Shown piece by piece: positions 25,252 to 37,159 of a stretch of DNA of 64,000 nucleotides. The stretch lies in contig JAYWIR010000008.1 in assembly GCA_036172245.1 (NCBI GenBank), positions 4,464,001-4,528,000 on the forward strand, written 5' to 3'. Source of the DNA: Raillietiella orientalis (lineage: Eukaryota). The notes under the pieces are model-generated. The model saw nothing but the letters and a program-made list of their open reading frames with translations. It did not search any database and was not told the origin of the DNA. The position numbers were made by a program, and so were the translations under genes. How positions within the stretch are numbered: the first letter of the stretch is position 1; each line of letters opens with the position of its first letter.

Positions 25252-26274
25252 ATGAAAGAATCCGTAGACCCCCTGGAAAGCGATGACGAAGTTTCGGATG
25301 AAGATAACTCTGCGTTAGAACGCGAAAGAAAAGTGTTGACCCCTAGTAAGCGAAAGACCCCTCCGCGAAAGCTTAATCATCCTGTGTGTAGGTGAAAGAA
25401 ATGAAAGGAACCGCGAACAAGCGCAAGGCAGGAAGGAGGACTCCTGCAGCAGTTCTATGTCGAACTCTGAGGGCGAAGCATCAGGAAAGGTCCTGTCTTG
25501 GGATGCCGGTTTGTCGTATCCTGGGTGTCTGGGGGAAATCGTAGGCACGGTCAAGAGGCAGAGCGCCTCCAGGCCATGCGGGGGATCACTCCCGGAGCGC
25601 CGAGAACGGTAACGACAACGCCTCCGAGGGCGAAGCCAAGGACCGTGCGATTCCGAAGTCGTCGACCGGCTCCGAAGCGGATTCCGAGTCGTGCATCCAA
25701 TCCCCCGCGCAGAGCGCCGGCAGGCATGCCAGTCGCAAGGTGTGTGCGCGCGTCGGTACTGCCCGGCCAGCCGGTCAACCGCCCTCTTTGCAGGAGAACA
25801 AAGTGAACAAGCAGCCGAACAAGCTGGAGCGCATGAAGGGCTACATAAGGGTGGCAGGCATCAAAATCAAGTCGTACGACAAGCTGTTCAGCGGCTGCAA
25901 GAACCAGAAAGACAAGATCGCCACGCTCCAGGAGCTGCTGGAAAAGCACGGGCTGAAAGGTACGGACGCCGTTTGGCGAGGAGGGGGCTCGCTCACGGCA
26001 CACGCCCCAGGCAAGCCCACTCTGAAAACCTGCAAGAAGCTCAGAAAAAAATTGGAAACGCAGCGCGAGTTGCAGAACCTGGACGTCGGCAACATCCTGG
26101 AAACCTCCCAAAGAAGTAACGCTCTGTCTCCTTTGCAGTTACAATGTGCTTGCAGGTTTGCGTAAGAGGAAACACGAAGAGAAGGAGGAAAACGTGAGCC
26201 ACGAGGCTCCCTCGGACGAGAAACTCAGACGCCTGAGAACTGTGGTCTACAGCGACCTTGATTCCGATGAATAA
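25252..26274 (+). CDS. HIRIP3: HIRA-interacting protein 3-like (acidic/Ser-rich linker plus conserved C-terminal domain); exons 25252-25345, 25392-25489, 25545-25739, 25794-25959, 26011-26115, 26156-26274
   Basis: The spliced product ...KLERMKGYIRVAGIKIKSYDKLFSGCKNQKDKIATLQELLEKHGLKGKPTLKTCKKLRKKLETQRELQNLDVGNILE resembles the HIRIP3 C-terminal domain (RLKRYIRACG...NYKKLL...LEALGMKGTPSLGKC...ASLDVANII). Five GT-AG introns of 40-55 nt keep the frame (777 nt). AATAAA overlaps the stop codon. The start codon is uncertain and further 5' exons are possible. Confidence 0.78.
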
Positions 26275-26399
26275 AACTTTGCCATCTGACACGCGCACCG
26301 CCGTGGCAACCAGTCCGTGTTTCCTTCCTTACATTAAACAGAATTTCATGTTCTTGAGGCTACGGAGTTGTTGATTTCTGTATTCCGGGCGTCCGGTGT

Positions 26400-27100
26400 C
26401 GACATGCGAGAGTTTGAACCGCCTCCCCGAAAGAGTGATCTCTCCCGAACTGCGGGGAAACGACCTTGAAATCAGATGCTGTGTTCTCGTCGAAAGTTTG
26501 TGCCTGGCATCTTTTTTCGTGTTCCTCCGAGCCCCGCGGAAGGCATCCCGGCACCTCGTGTGGTTTAGGTGATCCACGAAGTTTTCCAGAGCTCGTCTTG
26601 GAAGGTTGCAGCGAAGCGCGCACGATGCGTTTCCCGGAAATTCGGTCACAGGGAGATTGCATCACGTGCTGACGAGCACGTCATTCGGTGGGGGGGGGGG
26701 AGGTAGGGGAGAGAAGGTGCGTTCCAGAGGCTCGGGGTGCCGACGATTAGGTCACGTGCTGACCCGTGCTCTGCGCGCGTACAGTCGACTTCTTGGAAAG
26801 AAAGCCGTCATCCCTCTACGATGAAAAACCTCCCCGCGGCACGTGTTTACGTTGGAAGCCCGCTGGCTTCCAGCACGGAGCAGAAATACACACCTCGGGT
26901 TTATTTATCTTTTTTGATAACAGCATCCACGTTCCCTTCGGCGAACGGTGCGTGCAACAGGTAGTTCCAGCGAGACCCATGTTTACCTCTCGCGATGGCA
27001 CTCTCCGCCTCAGAATCATCATTTCCCGTCAGTACCTTGGGGTTCTCCGACTGGAATTGCTGGCACCAACTTTTTCAAAGGCGGAATGTGTTCTTCGGCG
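26400..27100 (-). mobile_element. Decayed Tc1/mariner-type (possibly DD37D/maT-like) transposase remnant
   Basis: Minus-strand fragments in the expected order: GVYFCSVLEASGLP*...SFQEVD...H (cf. VYxxVLExxLPW...FQQDxAPAH), then LENFVDHL...HLISRSFPR...SGRRF (cf. IENxWxxL...LIxSMPRR...GGHF). Many stops and frameshifts; no TIRs found. Confidence 0.35.
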
Positions 27101-29083
27101 TTTGATTGAAAAAGAAGAAAACAAGGAAACATCGTTTTGACCAAAGGGAATGGCCGTTTCGATGATCTCTGCTCAACTCTTTCAGCAGCCACTTTGTATT
27201 TATTTGTGTGTTGTCGCGTATTCGCGTAGCCTGGATCCGGTGCTGGTAAGAGCAAGCAGCAAAGGGTTACCTCTGCCCCCCTGCCGTACAAGAAGGATAC
27301 CTCGGTGCTGTAGCGGGGGATCAGCAGGTCATTAAGGGCTTGCGCGTAAGCAGCCTCTCGCTCGTTATTTTCACTTCAGCGGATCACACAGAAAATGCAG
27401 CACAAACGAAGAGAATGTGAATTGGTAGCGCGCCGTTGGTTTACACGACCTCCCCATTGCCCAAGCGCTGTTCGTGCTGCGGGTGCACGCTGCGGCGGCA
27501 TTCTTTGCTTGTAATTTGGAAACGGCGAAGGAGGAAGATGGAAACAGGAAGTAGTAATTGGGGTTCCAAGCTGAAAACACAAACTACTGAGATACGAACG
27601 AGTGATTTGTTATTGTCTTGGCTCCAAGAGTTCCAACAAACAACTCAGTATTTTAGGAGAGGGCATCAGGTGTTTCCACAACATTTGGAGAGGATTTGGA
27701 GACTTGCAGCGATTGGGAGGAAAAGTACAAAAAGGAAACATTTCGTTCAAGACTGGGATGAAAATAAAACGGTGTTGAGGAAAGGCCCAGTCAGTAGTGT
27801 CCCCGTTTCCGAGGTCGACTGTCGACTGCCGCCACCTGTGACTTTCGCTTTCCGGCTGCCGCCACTGACCATCCCGAAGCTGCAGTAAGTTGAGGAACAC
27901 ACTCCTGAAGGAGGTCGAGGCAGAAGGGAATCCGGCTCCTTTATGGGGTCTCTTGGAGTGAAGACCAGTAGGTTGCGGTCGCGACTCAGGACGGCCGACA
28001 CCTCTGTCAACGCTATTCCTGCTGACCCTGCTGACACTTCCACCTCTGCTGCTCCTGCCTCCAGCGGCGATGATTCCGATGCTGACACGGCAGCCTGAGG
28101 CTCTCATCGCTGTCCTGCCGGTGCTGTTGATACCGATGGTGCTCCTGCGGCCACTGAATTCCGGTCCTGACGCGTCACTGGTCCTGCTCCTGCTGACACT
28201 CGTGAGGTCACCGATCCTTCTGAAGTGCGGGAGGACACCGGAATACCGGTGCGGAAGCCCAGTCGTGAGCTACGCCGCCTTCGGGAAGGAGTCTTCGCTC
28301 CCGGGCACGTCACTCCAGAGCACGTGGCACTGCGGGCCGCGCCGGAAAGAGCGCTAGCAGCTCCAGGCGGACTTCGCCTGATCCGGCGTCGCTGCTTCGA
28401 CGCCGCCTCCCGAGTCTCCTCGAGATCGTCGCGGTGATCAAAGGGGGAAACAGGTGGACTAGCAGCTGGACCATCCTCTCAGTCAGTCCATTCGACCACT
28501 GGAAGGATCTCAACTAGAAAAAAGGTCGTAAATCATTCCCAACAAGCACAGACGAGGAGTGGCTTTCCAGCGCTTCCCACGATTGGTCCTGCGTCCTCGC
28601 GATGAGCCGCAAGGTGTCCAGGGAGCTACGACTCACTTCCCCATCGGCCTTGAGCGCTGTTGACATGGCAAAACCACAAATACCTTTCATCGGCAAGGTG
28701 CATTATCCGCAACGTTACAGAAGTTTTTGCTGTTAAGAACTTGGGGGATGAGGAGAGATGGATGGAGACAGGGGAAAAAAAAAAAGGTCACAGAATCTTA
28801 CCATTTATTACCAGAGCATCACCCCCATCCAGCATCTCTGGAAGGCTTGTGGTGCTCGCAGTGTGCCAAGTGCAAAACTCGGGTTGCCGTCCCGGAGATG
28901 CACCCAAAGCGAATCACCGAAAGAGCTGTCGCTCCTCCACGGGAAGGACCCCAGAGGAAGGATGCTCCGGCCGAAGTCCCTCAAGCGGGCATTGCCGCTG
29001 CCTCGCCGCACGTCGAGACCTCGGGCGAAATGCATCGGACTCGCGAACCTCTTCATCCCGTGGATCTTCCTGTCCTCGGTACG

Positions 29084-30523
29084 GGGTGACCGAGTCCTCC
29101 GCCCGCTGGTTGTTGACCCACTCTGCTTCCAGGCCGAGCACCTCCAGAGCATAACAAGTCCTGGATCCTTTCGGCAACAGCATTGCAACCGGGTTGGACC
29201 AGTCCACTCTCGGCAGCAGACCGAGATCTTCCGTCGGGTTCTGAAGAGGAGGAAGCCAGTAGCAGGGTGAGGAAGGGGGGGAAGAAGGGGAGAAGGGGAT
29301 GACAGAGTTCTGACAAAGGATCTCAGCTGCTTCGAACCAGAACCGAAGTTCACGGACAGCGGTTCTGTGACGACAGCTGTTTCGGTAGCGTTGCTGACCG
29401 TCCTCCCAGTTTAGATGAAAAGTAATTACATCAGTAAAGCTCGTGCTGTACAGGATCGGTCAACGGGAGTCGACAGCGATGGTACTTGGGCTCCGCGTGT
29501 CCCGACTAGGACTCCTGACGTCCGAGGAAGGATAAAAAACACACACACGCAAAGAGGGTGGGGGGAAACGAACCGCGTGTATCAAAAGCGTTGCGCAAGT
29601 CTGCATCGGGAACAGTGCGGCTTCCCTCATCCGCCTTCATGATGTCCGCTGCTTCAGGGCTCTTTTTGACCGTGCAGCGCTTCCCGGTGTTCCAGCGACG
29701 GTTGCCGCTCGTTTCGACGTTCCTCCTGCCGGATATCCCTTCGTGGCGTCAGCGTGCTGATGCTCCGGATACGTCGCCGACGGCGACGCCGAAAACCGTT
29801 CGCTGCCGTCGCCTTCCTGTTTCCTCAGCGGTCGTGCACCCTCCTCTCCCTTCCCTGACGCCTCCTCTGCGGTGGTCTTCGCCGGAGCCGAGCGTACGGA
29901 GCATGGGGTGAGACCTCTCGAGAGAAAGGCGGCCCGCTTGGGGGAGGTCGTGCACCGACCCGAGGAATCGATGTCGCCTCCTCTCGTCTCCCTTGCGGAC
30001 CCCCTTCCACCCCGAGTCGGCGGGTATCCGCTGAAAGGAACGGCCGTGAGGCGTATGCGCTCTCCAGCCGGCCAGATTCCTCCCTTCCCTGCATCCACCC
30101 TCTCCTGCTTCCTCCCCATTCGGCCCCCGTCCCACCCACACAGCAAGAGTTGCGGTGGGTGCCGGGGCTGTCCGGAATCTGCGGGGTCCCGGAAAGCCTC
30201 CCGATCGTTTCTGCGGAGGAAGCCTGCACGAGGCTCCGAGCGGACCCTGCGTCCCGCCGAGGCCGGCCGGGAGAGGGATGGTCCTCGCGCCCCTGCGGCC
30301 TTCCGCCTCTAGGCGCCCTTCGCACCGTCATAGGGGGTAGCGCTCACTTCCTCCGTCCCGTCTCCGTCCTGGGGCTGCTCAAAGGCCTGAAGCTGGAAGA
30401 GGTGTGGTTCCAGGTCCTTCAGCTGAGCTCGCCTCTGCCCGGGTCCTTCCGGAACGACGTGGAGGTGCTCGACCTGGAAGCAGAGTGGGTCAACGACCAG
30501 CGGACGGAGGACTCGGTCAACCC
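29084..30523. repeat. ~63-bp inverted repeat pair (29084-29146 and 30460-30523), 1.3 kb apart
   Basis: tggaggtgctcg[g/a]cctggaagcagagtgggtcaac[a/g]accagcgg[g/a]cggaggactcggtca appears on opposite strands with ~4 differences; the copies read EVLGLEAEWVNNQRAEDSV and EVLDLEAEWVNDQRTEDSV. Confidence 0.85.
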
Positions 30524-31591
30524 GCAGGCATGGGAGGCAGCGGCGTGTGGGATGCCCAGAGGTATCCGCGGCAGAACAAACGGCACCTGCGCTTCCCGGT
30601 AATCCGCTGCCTGGACTGCGTCTTCTGTGGAGCCGAGGGCTGGGCGGGAAGCTTCTGGAGGAAGGGGTGAGCCGAAAGAATGGCCCGCAGCTCCCAGGCG
30701 GCGGTCTCCCACCCGAGTGCTACATGGACCCGACGCTTCTTAACTTCGCCGATCAGACGGGAGGGCGGTGCGTTGGGCGGGCCGCTCTGGCCTCCGGATC
30801 GAACCCTCCGGCAGCGACCGTCGCGGCGCAGCCGACGCCCGTGAAGATCTGCGCAGATCGGGGCAGATCTGCGTTGTTCGTCGGTTGTCCCCTCCTCTCC
30901 CTTCCTCCTCGCAAGACGGATTGCGCCGCATCCTTGGAAAGCAGCCAGGCAGGGAGGTTTCCCGCGCTTTTGCGAAAAATCAGGAATGTGCGACACTTCT
31001 GCGAGAGGGAAGGTTTTCGCCCGGTGACGCGGCGGGACGTTTATTTAAAAAAAGAAACCTCAAGTCAGAAGGGAGCGACCTTCCCTGGAGGCAGGAGATG
31101 ACAAAAGAAAAAGAAAAAGTTCACTGGGCGCGGACTCCGGCACGTAGGCCGTCTTCTAGGGGAATCAGGAGCGGGAGGGAGGGGACAGGGAATAAATAAA
31201 AAAGGACGGGAGGGCGGGGACAGGGATCTTTGGTTTTTATCGTCCTTCTCTTTCTAGAAGCGGCATCGTACGGTAGCCATCTGATGGATGACCTATTCTG
31301 GCAGATGAGGCCTCCTTGCAGCTGTCCATATGAAGGAGGCTGCCATGCTGATGATCTCCCTTCGCTGCGAACCGACTCCATTGCAACGCGGACTGTCACG
31401 ATGGCACGGATGCAGCATCTCGTTGCGATTGAGGCGCCTGCCCTCCTTGCGTGAAGAAGCCCCTTGGCAAGTCCATGACGGTGCCTCGCAGCAGCCGGAT
31501 CGCCGAGGCGAGTCTCCGCCACGTGTTCCTCCAGGGCGCCGCAGTCCAACAGAAGGTGCGGGATCGCTCCCACACCTGAAACGGTTCGGGG

Positions 31592-31643
31592 AGGTGGCTG
31601 CCCCGGGAAAGCAGGTGGCTGCCCCGGGAAAGCAGGTGCCTGC
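31592..31643 (+). repeat. 21-bp tandem repeat, 2.5 copies (aggtggctgccccgggaaagc)
   Basis: Two perfect copies plus one partial copy. Confidence 0.9.
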
Positions 31644-32350
31644 GCTGGATGTACCGGAATCCCCTCAGTGCAGAGATAGCAGAGCATCCTGGCTGTTTCC
31701 AGCAGAGCGGGAACACGGGGGTGTCCGTACACAGGAAGGGGGAGATACCACGAGTTCTCAGGGGGATCCACCGAGCAGGTCGCTCTATAGAAGGTGTTCC
31801 TTCGCTCGGGAATGAGGAGTGGCACCGTCCACCTACGTGCTCGGCTTGCAGCTGTCGAGCGGTTTTTCCCTACTGCAATGTTGCAGAACTCTCACCCCTC
31901 GGCTGCTGACATCGTTTGCCCTGAGGGCAGACAGTGCTACGGTCAGAGACTATCCGGAACCACTGCTATCGCTCCTGCAGAAGATCTCCCAGCGGCTCTT
32001 AGGAGTTCCCTCAGCGGACACAGTTCCTCTGAGTCCACTCCCAGATCGGCCAACCGGGACTCCACCACCTCCTGCCGCCAGGAGTTTCAGTTTTGGGGAA
32101 GACAGGGGATCTACGGACAGACTACACGTAGTGAGGGCAGATGCCTCAGGGAGTGAGTAGATGAGGTCCACCGGCGCAGGAAGCGCGGCAGCAGAGAAAG
32201 TCCTGCGCTTTCGGCACATCGCCGGAGGGTGCGGCGTGCTGGAGCACGCCGGTGACACTCCCGCGGGACGTCGAAGGGGCAGGATCGATCCACAGATTAT
32301 TCCAACGCTGTGCGCGGAGGAAAGGAAGAAGAGAAGGAGCAAAAAGAAGG

Positions 32351-32715
32351 TCAGAGGAGGACCATCTTGACGGATTCCTTGTAGCGCGCGTCCTCCCGCT
32401 AGAAGCTGGTCACTCTCTAGTCGCAGGTCTTCTTGGACACTTCCGACAGCGGGATGTCCACGGTCAGCTCGGCGCTGGTGGAGTCCGCGTAGGCATCGGA
32501 GATCGCGAAGAAGACGGTCTGGTAGCCCACCAGGTCGTTACGCAGCTCGTAGTCTGGTCAAGGAGTCAAAATTCGGGACTGCACCTGCGGTCCGATTCCG
32601 TGGACGGCCAGGACGCCCAAGCCGACTTCCTGATGCGCCTCCTCCAAGTTTTCCAGTAGGAGACGGGAAGGGAGGAGCTCGTCGAGAATCCGGATTTCCT
32701 GGACTTGCTCCACGC
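32351..32715 (-). pseudogene. Unidentified protein-coding remnant with in-frame stops
   Basis: One minus frame reads VEQVQEIRILDELLPSRLLLENLEEAHQEVGLGVLAVHGIGPQVQSRILTP*PDYELRNDLVGYQTVFFAISDAYADSTSAELTVDIPLSEVSKKTCD*RVTSF*REDARYKESVKMVLL* with strong GC3 codon bias like the NDRG CDS. Confidence 0.45.
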
Positions 32716-35700
32716 GTGCGTGCGTCTCTCTGGAAGCGCGCGCCTGCCGGCTAGACCACAGGGGACGCCCGTCGGTAGACGGAAATCACCCGTGGAGACG
32801 GAGCGACGGGACGAAACGAGGGAGTGACCGCAAAGTCGCGGATCAGCGCCAGAGGTCGCCCGTATTTTCCTGGCTGCTGCCGTCTTCGTGCCCGATGAAG
32901 CTTTCGCCTTGCCTCCAGGTTCCTGCGTCTTCCCTTTCGGACGACGACGGACCTTTCCACCGATCCACCCCACATCTGGGAAGCACAGCGAACGGATCCT
33001 CCATCGATCTGATGCTCCACAGATGCATTCAGCTCTCCGTTTGCTCCTTCTCTTCTCCCTGCCTGCTCCAAGCCGACCTGTCCGCTCGCTGCGCCCCCAG
33101 CCTTCTGACCATTCCCACCTGACCTTTCCATCCATCACCTACCTCCTGAGCTCAACTGCTTGATCGCATCCGGAAGCACTCCGGACTGCTGAGCGTGGTC
33201 ATCCTCCCTCGCTCCCCTTCCTCCCCCCGCCGGGAGGAGGCGGAGTCGCTCGTGCTTACCTCTTGCGGAGTCTCCTCGCAACGGGGGCAGGAGGTCTTGG
33301 CGCCTGCCTCCTAGCGACCCGGAAACGCCGCCATGACGGCCGGCTACGCACGCCGCGCGTGGCGTGAGCGCTCACGAAGGCGGCAGAAGAGCGTGCGCGC
33401 GTGCAGAGGTGAGCACGCAGACACTACCCGGAGCCGAAGGACGAGGGGAGACGGCGAGGGGGACTGCCGGGACGGGACCCCCGTAGCTGCTTCCGCGCCC
33501 TACCCTCCGACGCCTCGCGCTGCCGTCACACCGTGCGGCAGTCGTGCACGGAGGCGACTCTCTCCCCCCTTCCCCTCCCTCGATCCACGTGTGGACCACG
33601 GATCTTCTCCAGGAGGTGGCGTCCTACAGACCTGCCCCCCTTCTCCCTGAAAGTCGGCTTTCTTCCAGACGCTGATACCGGAAAGCACCCTCGGGCGGAG
33701 GGTATCGAGGAGGGGGAGGGAGTCGGCACGGCAACGACGGAACTGTGCCACCTGCCCTGGAGGGAATCCCTGCAGCACGTCCCTCCCCTGCCTTCCTCCC
33801 TCGGAGAGCGTCCCCGGAGAGAGACCCGGCAGTCGGCTGCCCCCTTCCCCTTTGTGCCCGCTCCCCGCCTGCGTGGCAATGAGGAGCCGCGGAGGGGAGG
33901 GGCAGGAAAAGGGACCAACGCTGACACGGAGGGGGGTGGGGAGAGTCTTGCACCCTGGGAAATCGTCCACGTCTGACGATATCTCCACTATCCACTTCCG
34001 GCTGCTACCCGGAAGCGGAGCCGTAGCGATCTTTCTCCCGATGACCACCTCCGCGCGGCGTTGGAGGTCAGCGCGCACGTCGGGCCCACTGCTCACGGAG
34101 GGCCGCCAGCCCTCACGGAAGAGGCACTCTATCCGCTGCCGTCGCCTGGTCCGCGGAGATATACTCCCTCTCGGGCAGTCGCTCACCACGGCCGTTGGTT
34201 CCTCAGGAGCTTCCGCTGAGACTCGTGGGATTACCGGGAATGTCAGAGCACGCCCCCTGGTTCGTCCGGGAAGCTTCCGCTACCACTTTCAGCGCCTTCG
34301 ACGCTTTGTGGTTCCATCACGTGTTTTGCCGGTTTCTGGAGGCAGCCGCGGCCCCGCATTCCGAAGGATCCCAGTCTCGTGCCGAAGATGGGCGCTACTC
34401 CGAAGGCGACACGAGTGGTCAGTCTTCGGAATGTGCTCCCGCTCGCACCAAATCGGATCCGCCGAAGATGCTCCTGGCAATCTCTCCCCGGAGCTTCGGA
34501 TCGGAGCTCTCTCAAGTCGATTGCGGGTCGGAGACCTCCTGATTCTCTCCCAGTAGTTCCTTCCGATCCTTGTGCGCCTAGGTGGGAGCCCCGGAGAGCT
34601 CCCCTATCAGAGCGAGGACGAGCAAGAGTCGCAGGGAGGAAAAGAAGGACGCTTTCCAGGAAAGGGAGGAGGAGGCGTGTGGTGGGGGACCTCTGTTTTC
34701 GTAGCCGGGAACAGTCGCTCCCGTGATAGAGAGAGAAGACGTGCGAAGGTTCTTCTTCGTCCTCGGAGGGCAGGTGATAATCGCCCGCCGAGGCTTTTCC
34801 CTCGCCTCTGGCGTCCCTGAGCGCGTGTTTGAGGCGCCACATGCGGTGGAGGCGGGCGCGTGGGCGACAAGACGTGGAGACAACCTTCTTCCCGTGCTCA
34901 TCCCACGTACGCCGTTTTTCCCGCGGGCGAAGCTTGCGAGCGTAGCACGTCGCTCTCCGAGGTCCCGCCGTTCTTCCCGTTCCTCCTGGACGGCATCTCC
35001 ACCTGTCCGCTCGAAAGGCGAAAACAAGCTGTGGCTCCTGCCTTGCAGCAACCGGACCAAAATCTCCTGGAACGGTAGCACGAAGATCCTCCCCTCGCAA
35101 CATTCCGCACCCTCCTCTTCCGCCTCCAGGGAGGGCAGCGACTCGGCGACCCCTCCGCTCTCAGTCCACACGTGGGATGACCTCCTGCATCGCGACGGGA
35201 TGGCCGTCAAGAGGAAGGTGTTGATGGATCGCGCACAGCCATCCGTGGAGAGCAGGGATGCAGCGATGTCGTCAGGAGTGGACGATCTCCCAGAATGCGT
35301 TCCGCCGTCCTCCTTGCTTCTCCTCCTCCTCTTTGCCTATGGCCCCAAGATTCTCAAGGAGGGGGGTGAGGCGAGGTGGAGGGGGCGACGCAGCATCTCA
35401 AAGAAGAGATTTGGAAGGATCCCCCCTTCCAAATCTCGGATCCGAGGGCCGGCTGCATCTGCTGAGAAGGTGTGCTGCCGCACGCAAGAGCCTTGCAGCC
35501 CTCCGCACCACCACCGGAGGTAGTGTTGTCCAGTGAGAAATCTTCCCCGGGGAGAGATCAAGAAGAGCCTCAGCCCGAAAGCAAATTCCTCAGCCTCTCG
35601 GGAATCGGGAAACGCGATTCCCTCGAGGAAGGACTTCTGGACTCTTCCGCTGTCCCCCCCTCCCCTCCTTTCCCGATTTTCCAGCTCTGTTTTCAGCCAG

Positions 35701-37159
35701 TATAGAGGCCCCATGGGGAGGCGAAAGCTCGGATTGCCAGTCGTGTCCACGTGCTCCGCCCTCATCCATTCCGACGCGAACCTCAGCGGGAGCTTCCCAG
35801 TTCAGCTGGTCCCCTGCCAAGAACGGAGAACCTTTTTCTAAACGGCTCCCTCATCGACGACCTCCTTTAGAGAGCCCAAGAGGAACCCCTGGTTTAATGC
35901 TCTTGCAGCTTGGAAATGCTTTTGCCTCCCCTACGATTCCTCAGTTGGCCCCTAATTAGCCTGCTCGCTCGCGGCCTGCCGGAAGCCGCGAACGACTCCC
36001 AGGCGGTGCGTGCGCTGCCCTAGCAGCAGCAGGGGGGGGGGGACGTTCGGTTCGAAGCCACCATCAGCCAAGTACCTTCTTTCGCTCCCCGTCGCTCCTC
36101 CCCGCTTACCCTCGGAGGGGACGCGTCCCAGCCTTCCGGGCAGCTCCGAAGTTCCGTGGACGCGGCAGACGATGTCGAGCGCCGGGGACAGCGGGTTCCG
36201 GGCGCAGCTCGCGAGGAAGAGTGGCTCCATAGGAGGGGTCGCACCGGGCGATGCGGCGAGATCGGCAGGAGCGTGCGCGGCAACCGTCCCACCGGAAGGA
36301 CCGAGGAGGCAACCGAGGAGGTCGTCGTCGTCGGCGGCCGGGGAGTTTCTGAGGTGGCGGTTGCGGTGAGTCTGAAAGGGCGGCGCGGCGGCCCCAGTCG
36401 CCGGGCCGTCTCGACGGCGCCGGCCGAAGTGCGGCGGCGGTGCGGGGAGGCGCCAACGCCGGGCGAGAGAGGGCGGGTGGAGGGACTCAACCGTGGCGGA
36501 GGGAGCACCCGGCTTTTCGCCTCTGCGCGTGCGAGGCGAGTGGAGGAGGAAAACGGCGTGCAGCGTGGCGCGCAGCACTGTGAGGGGGGGGGGGGAAAGA
36601 AAGCAATTTTCTTTCACGGCTGCTTCTTCAAGGGTGAGCGACTTCAAACGGAGCCGCCCAAGTCTGTCTTCGCAGGGCCTGTCTGAAGTTGACTCACCCT
36701 GTATAATAAAAACACACTGCACAAAAAAAAAAAAAAGAAAGAAAAGAAACGCGCGAGGGTCAAACGTGACCTCGACCGGTTTTCGAAATGCTATGAAAAT
36801 GAATGCTGGAAGAAAACGGACGAAGCCGCGTCTTCCTCGCTCCCCGAGGAGGGAGGAATCCGCAGCTGTGGGCGCCCAGGGGCCAGCCAGCCTCGCCTCT
36901 TTCGAAGAAGAGCGTTCCTTTCGAACCCGTTGTTGGCGGCAGCGTGCGCCATCAACATGGCGGCCAACAATGCAATCTAAAAATACACGACGAGCGGCTT
37001 AGAGGCGACCCGCCTCTCATCCGGCTCCGAGCCAAAACATGGCGGGGATGGAGGCAGGTCGGTTTCAGTTTTCCCGCCCCGTAAAATAAACGCTCCTGTA
37101 AAGTGTTGATGCTTAGCTGGGGATACGCGTGCAGCCTCCAGCATCAGCATGATGATTTC

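Noticed and set aside
27436..28450. Possible Gypsy pol C-terminal remnant plus an Ala/Pro/Asp-rich stretch
   Set aside because: Similarity too weak to call without a search.
31121..31825. ORF containing HLLLDC (LINE C-terminal zinc-finger-like)
   Set aside because: Only a single short motif, with no adjoining RT sequence recognised.
36156..36290. WLHRRGRTGRCG resembling helicase motif VI
   Set aside because: No motifs I-IV, and the spacing to a motif-V-like segment is wrong; probably chance in GC-rich DNA.
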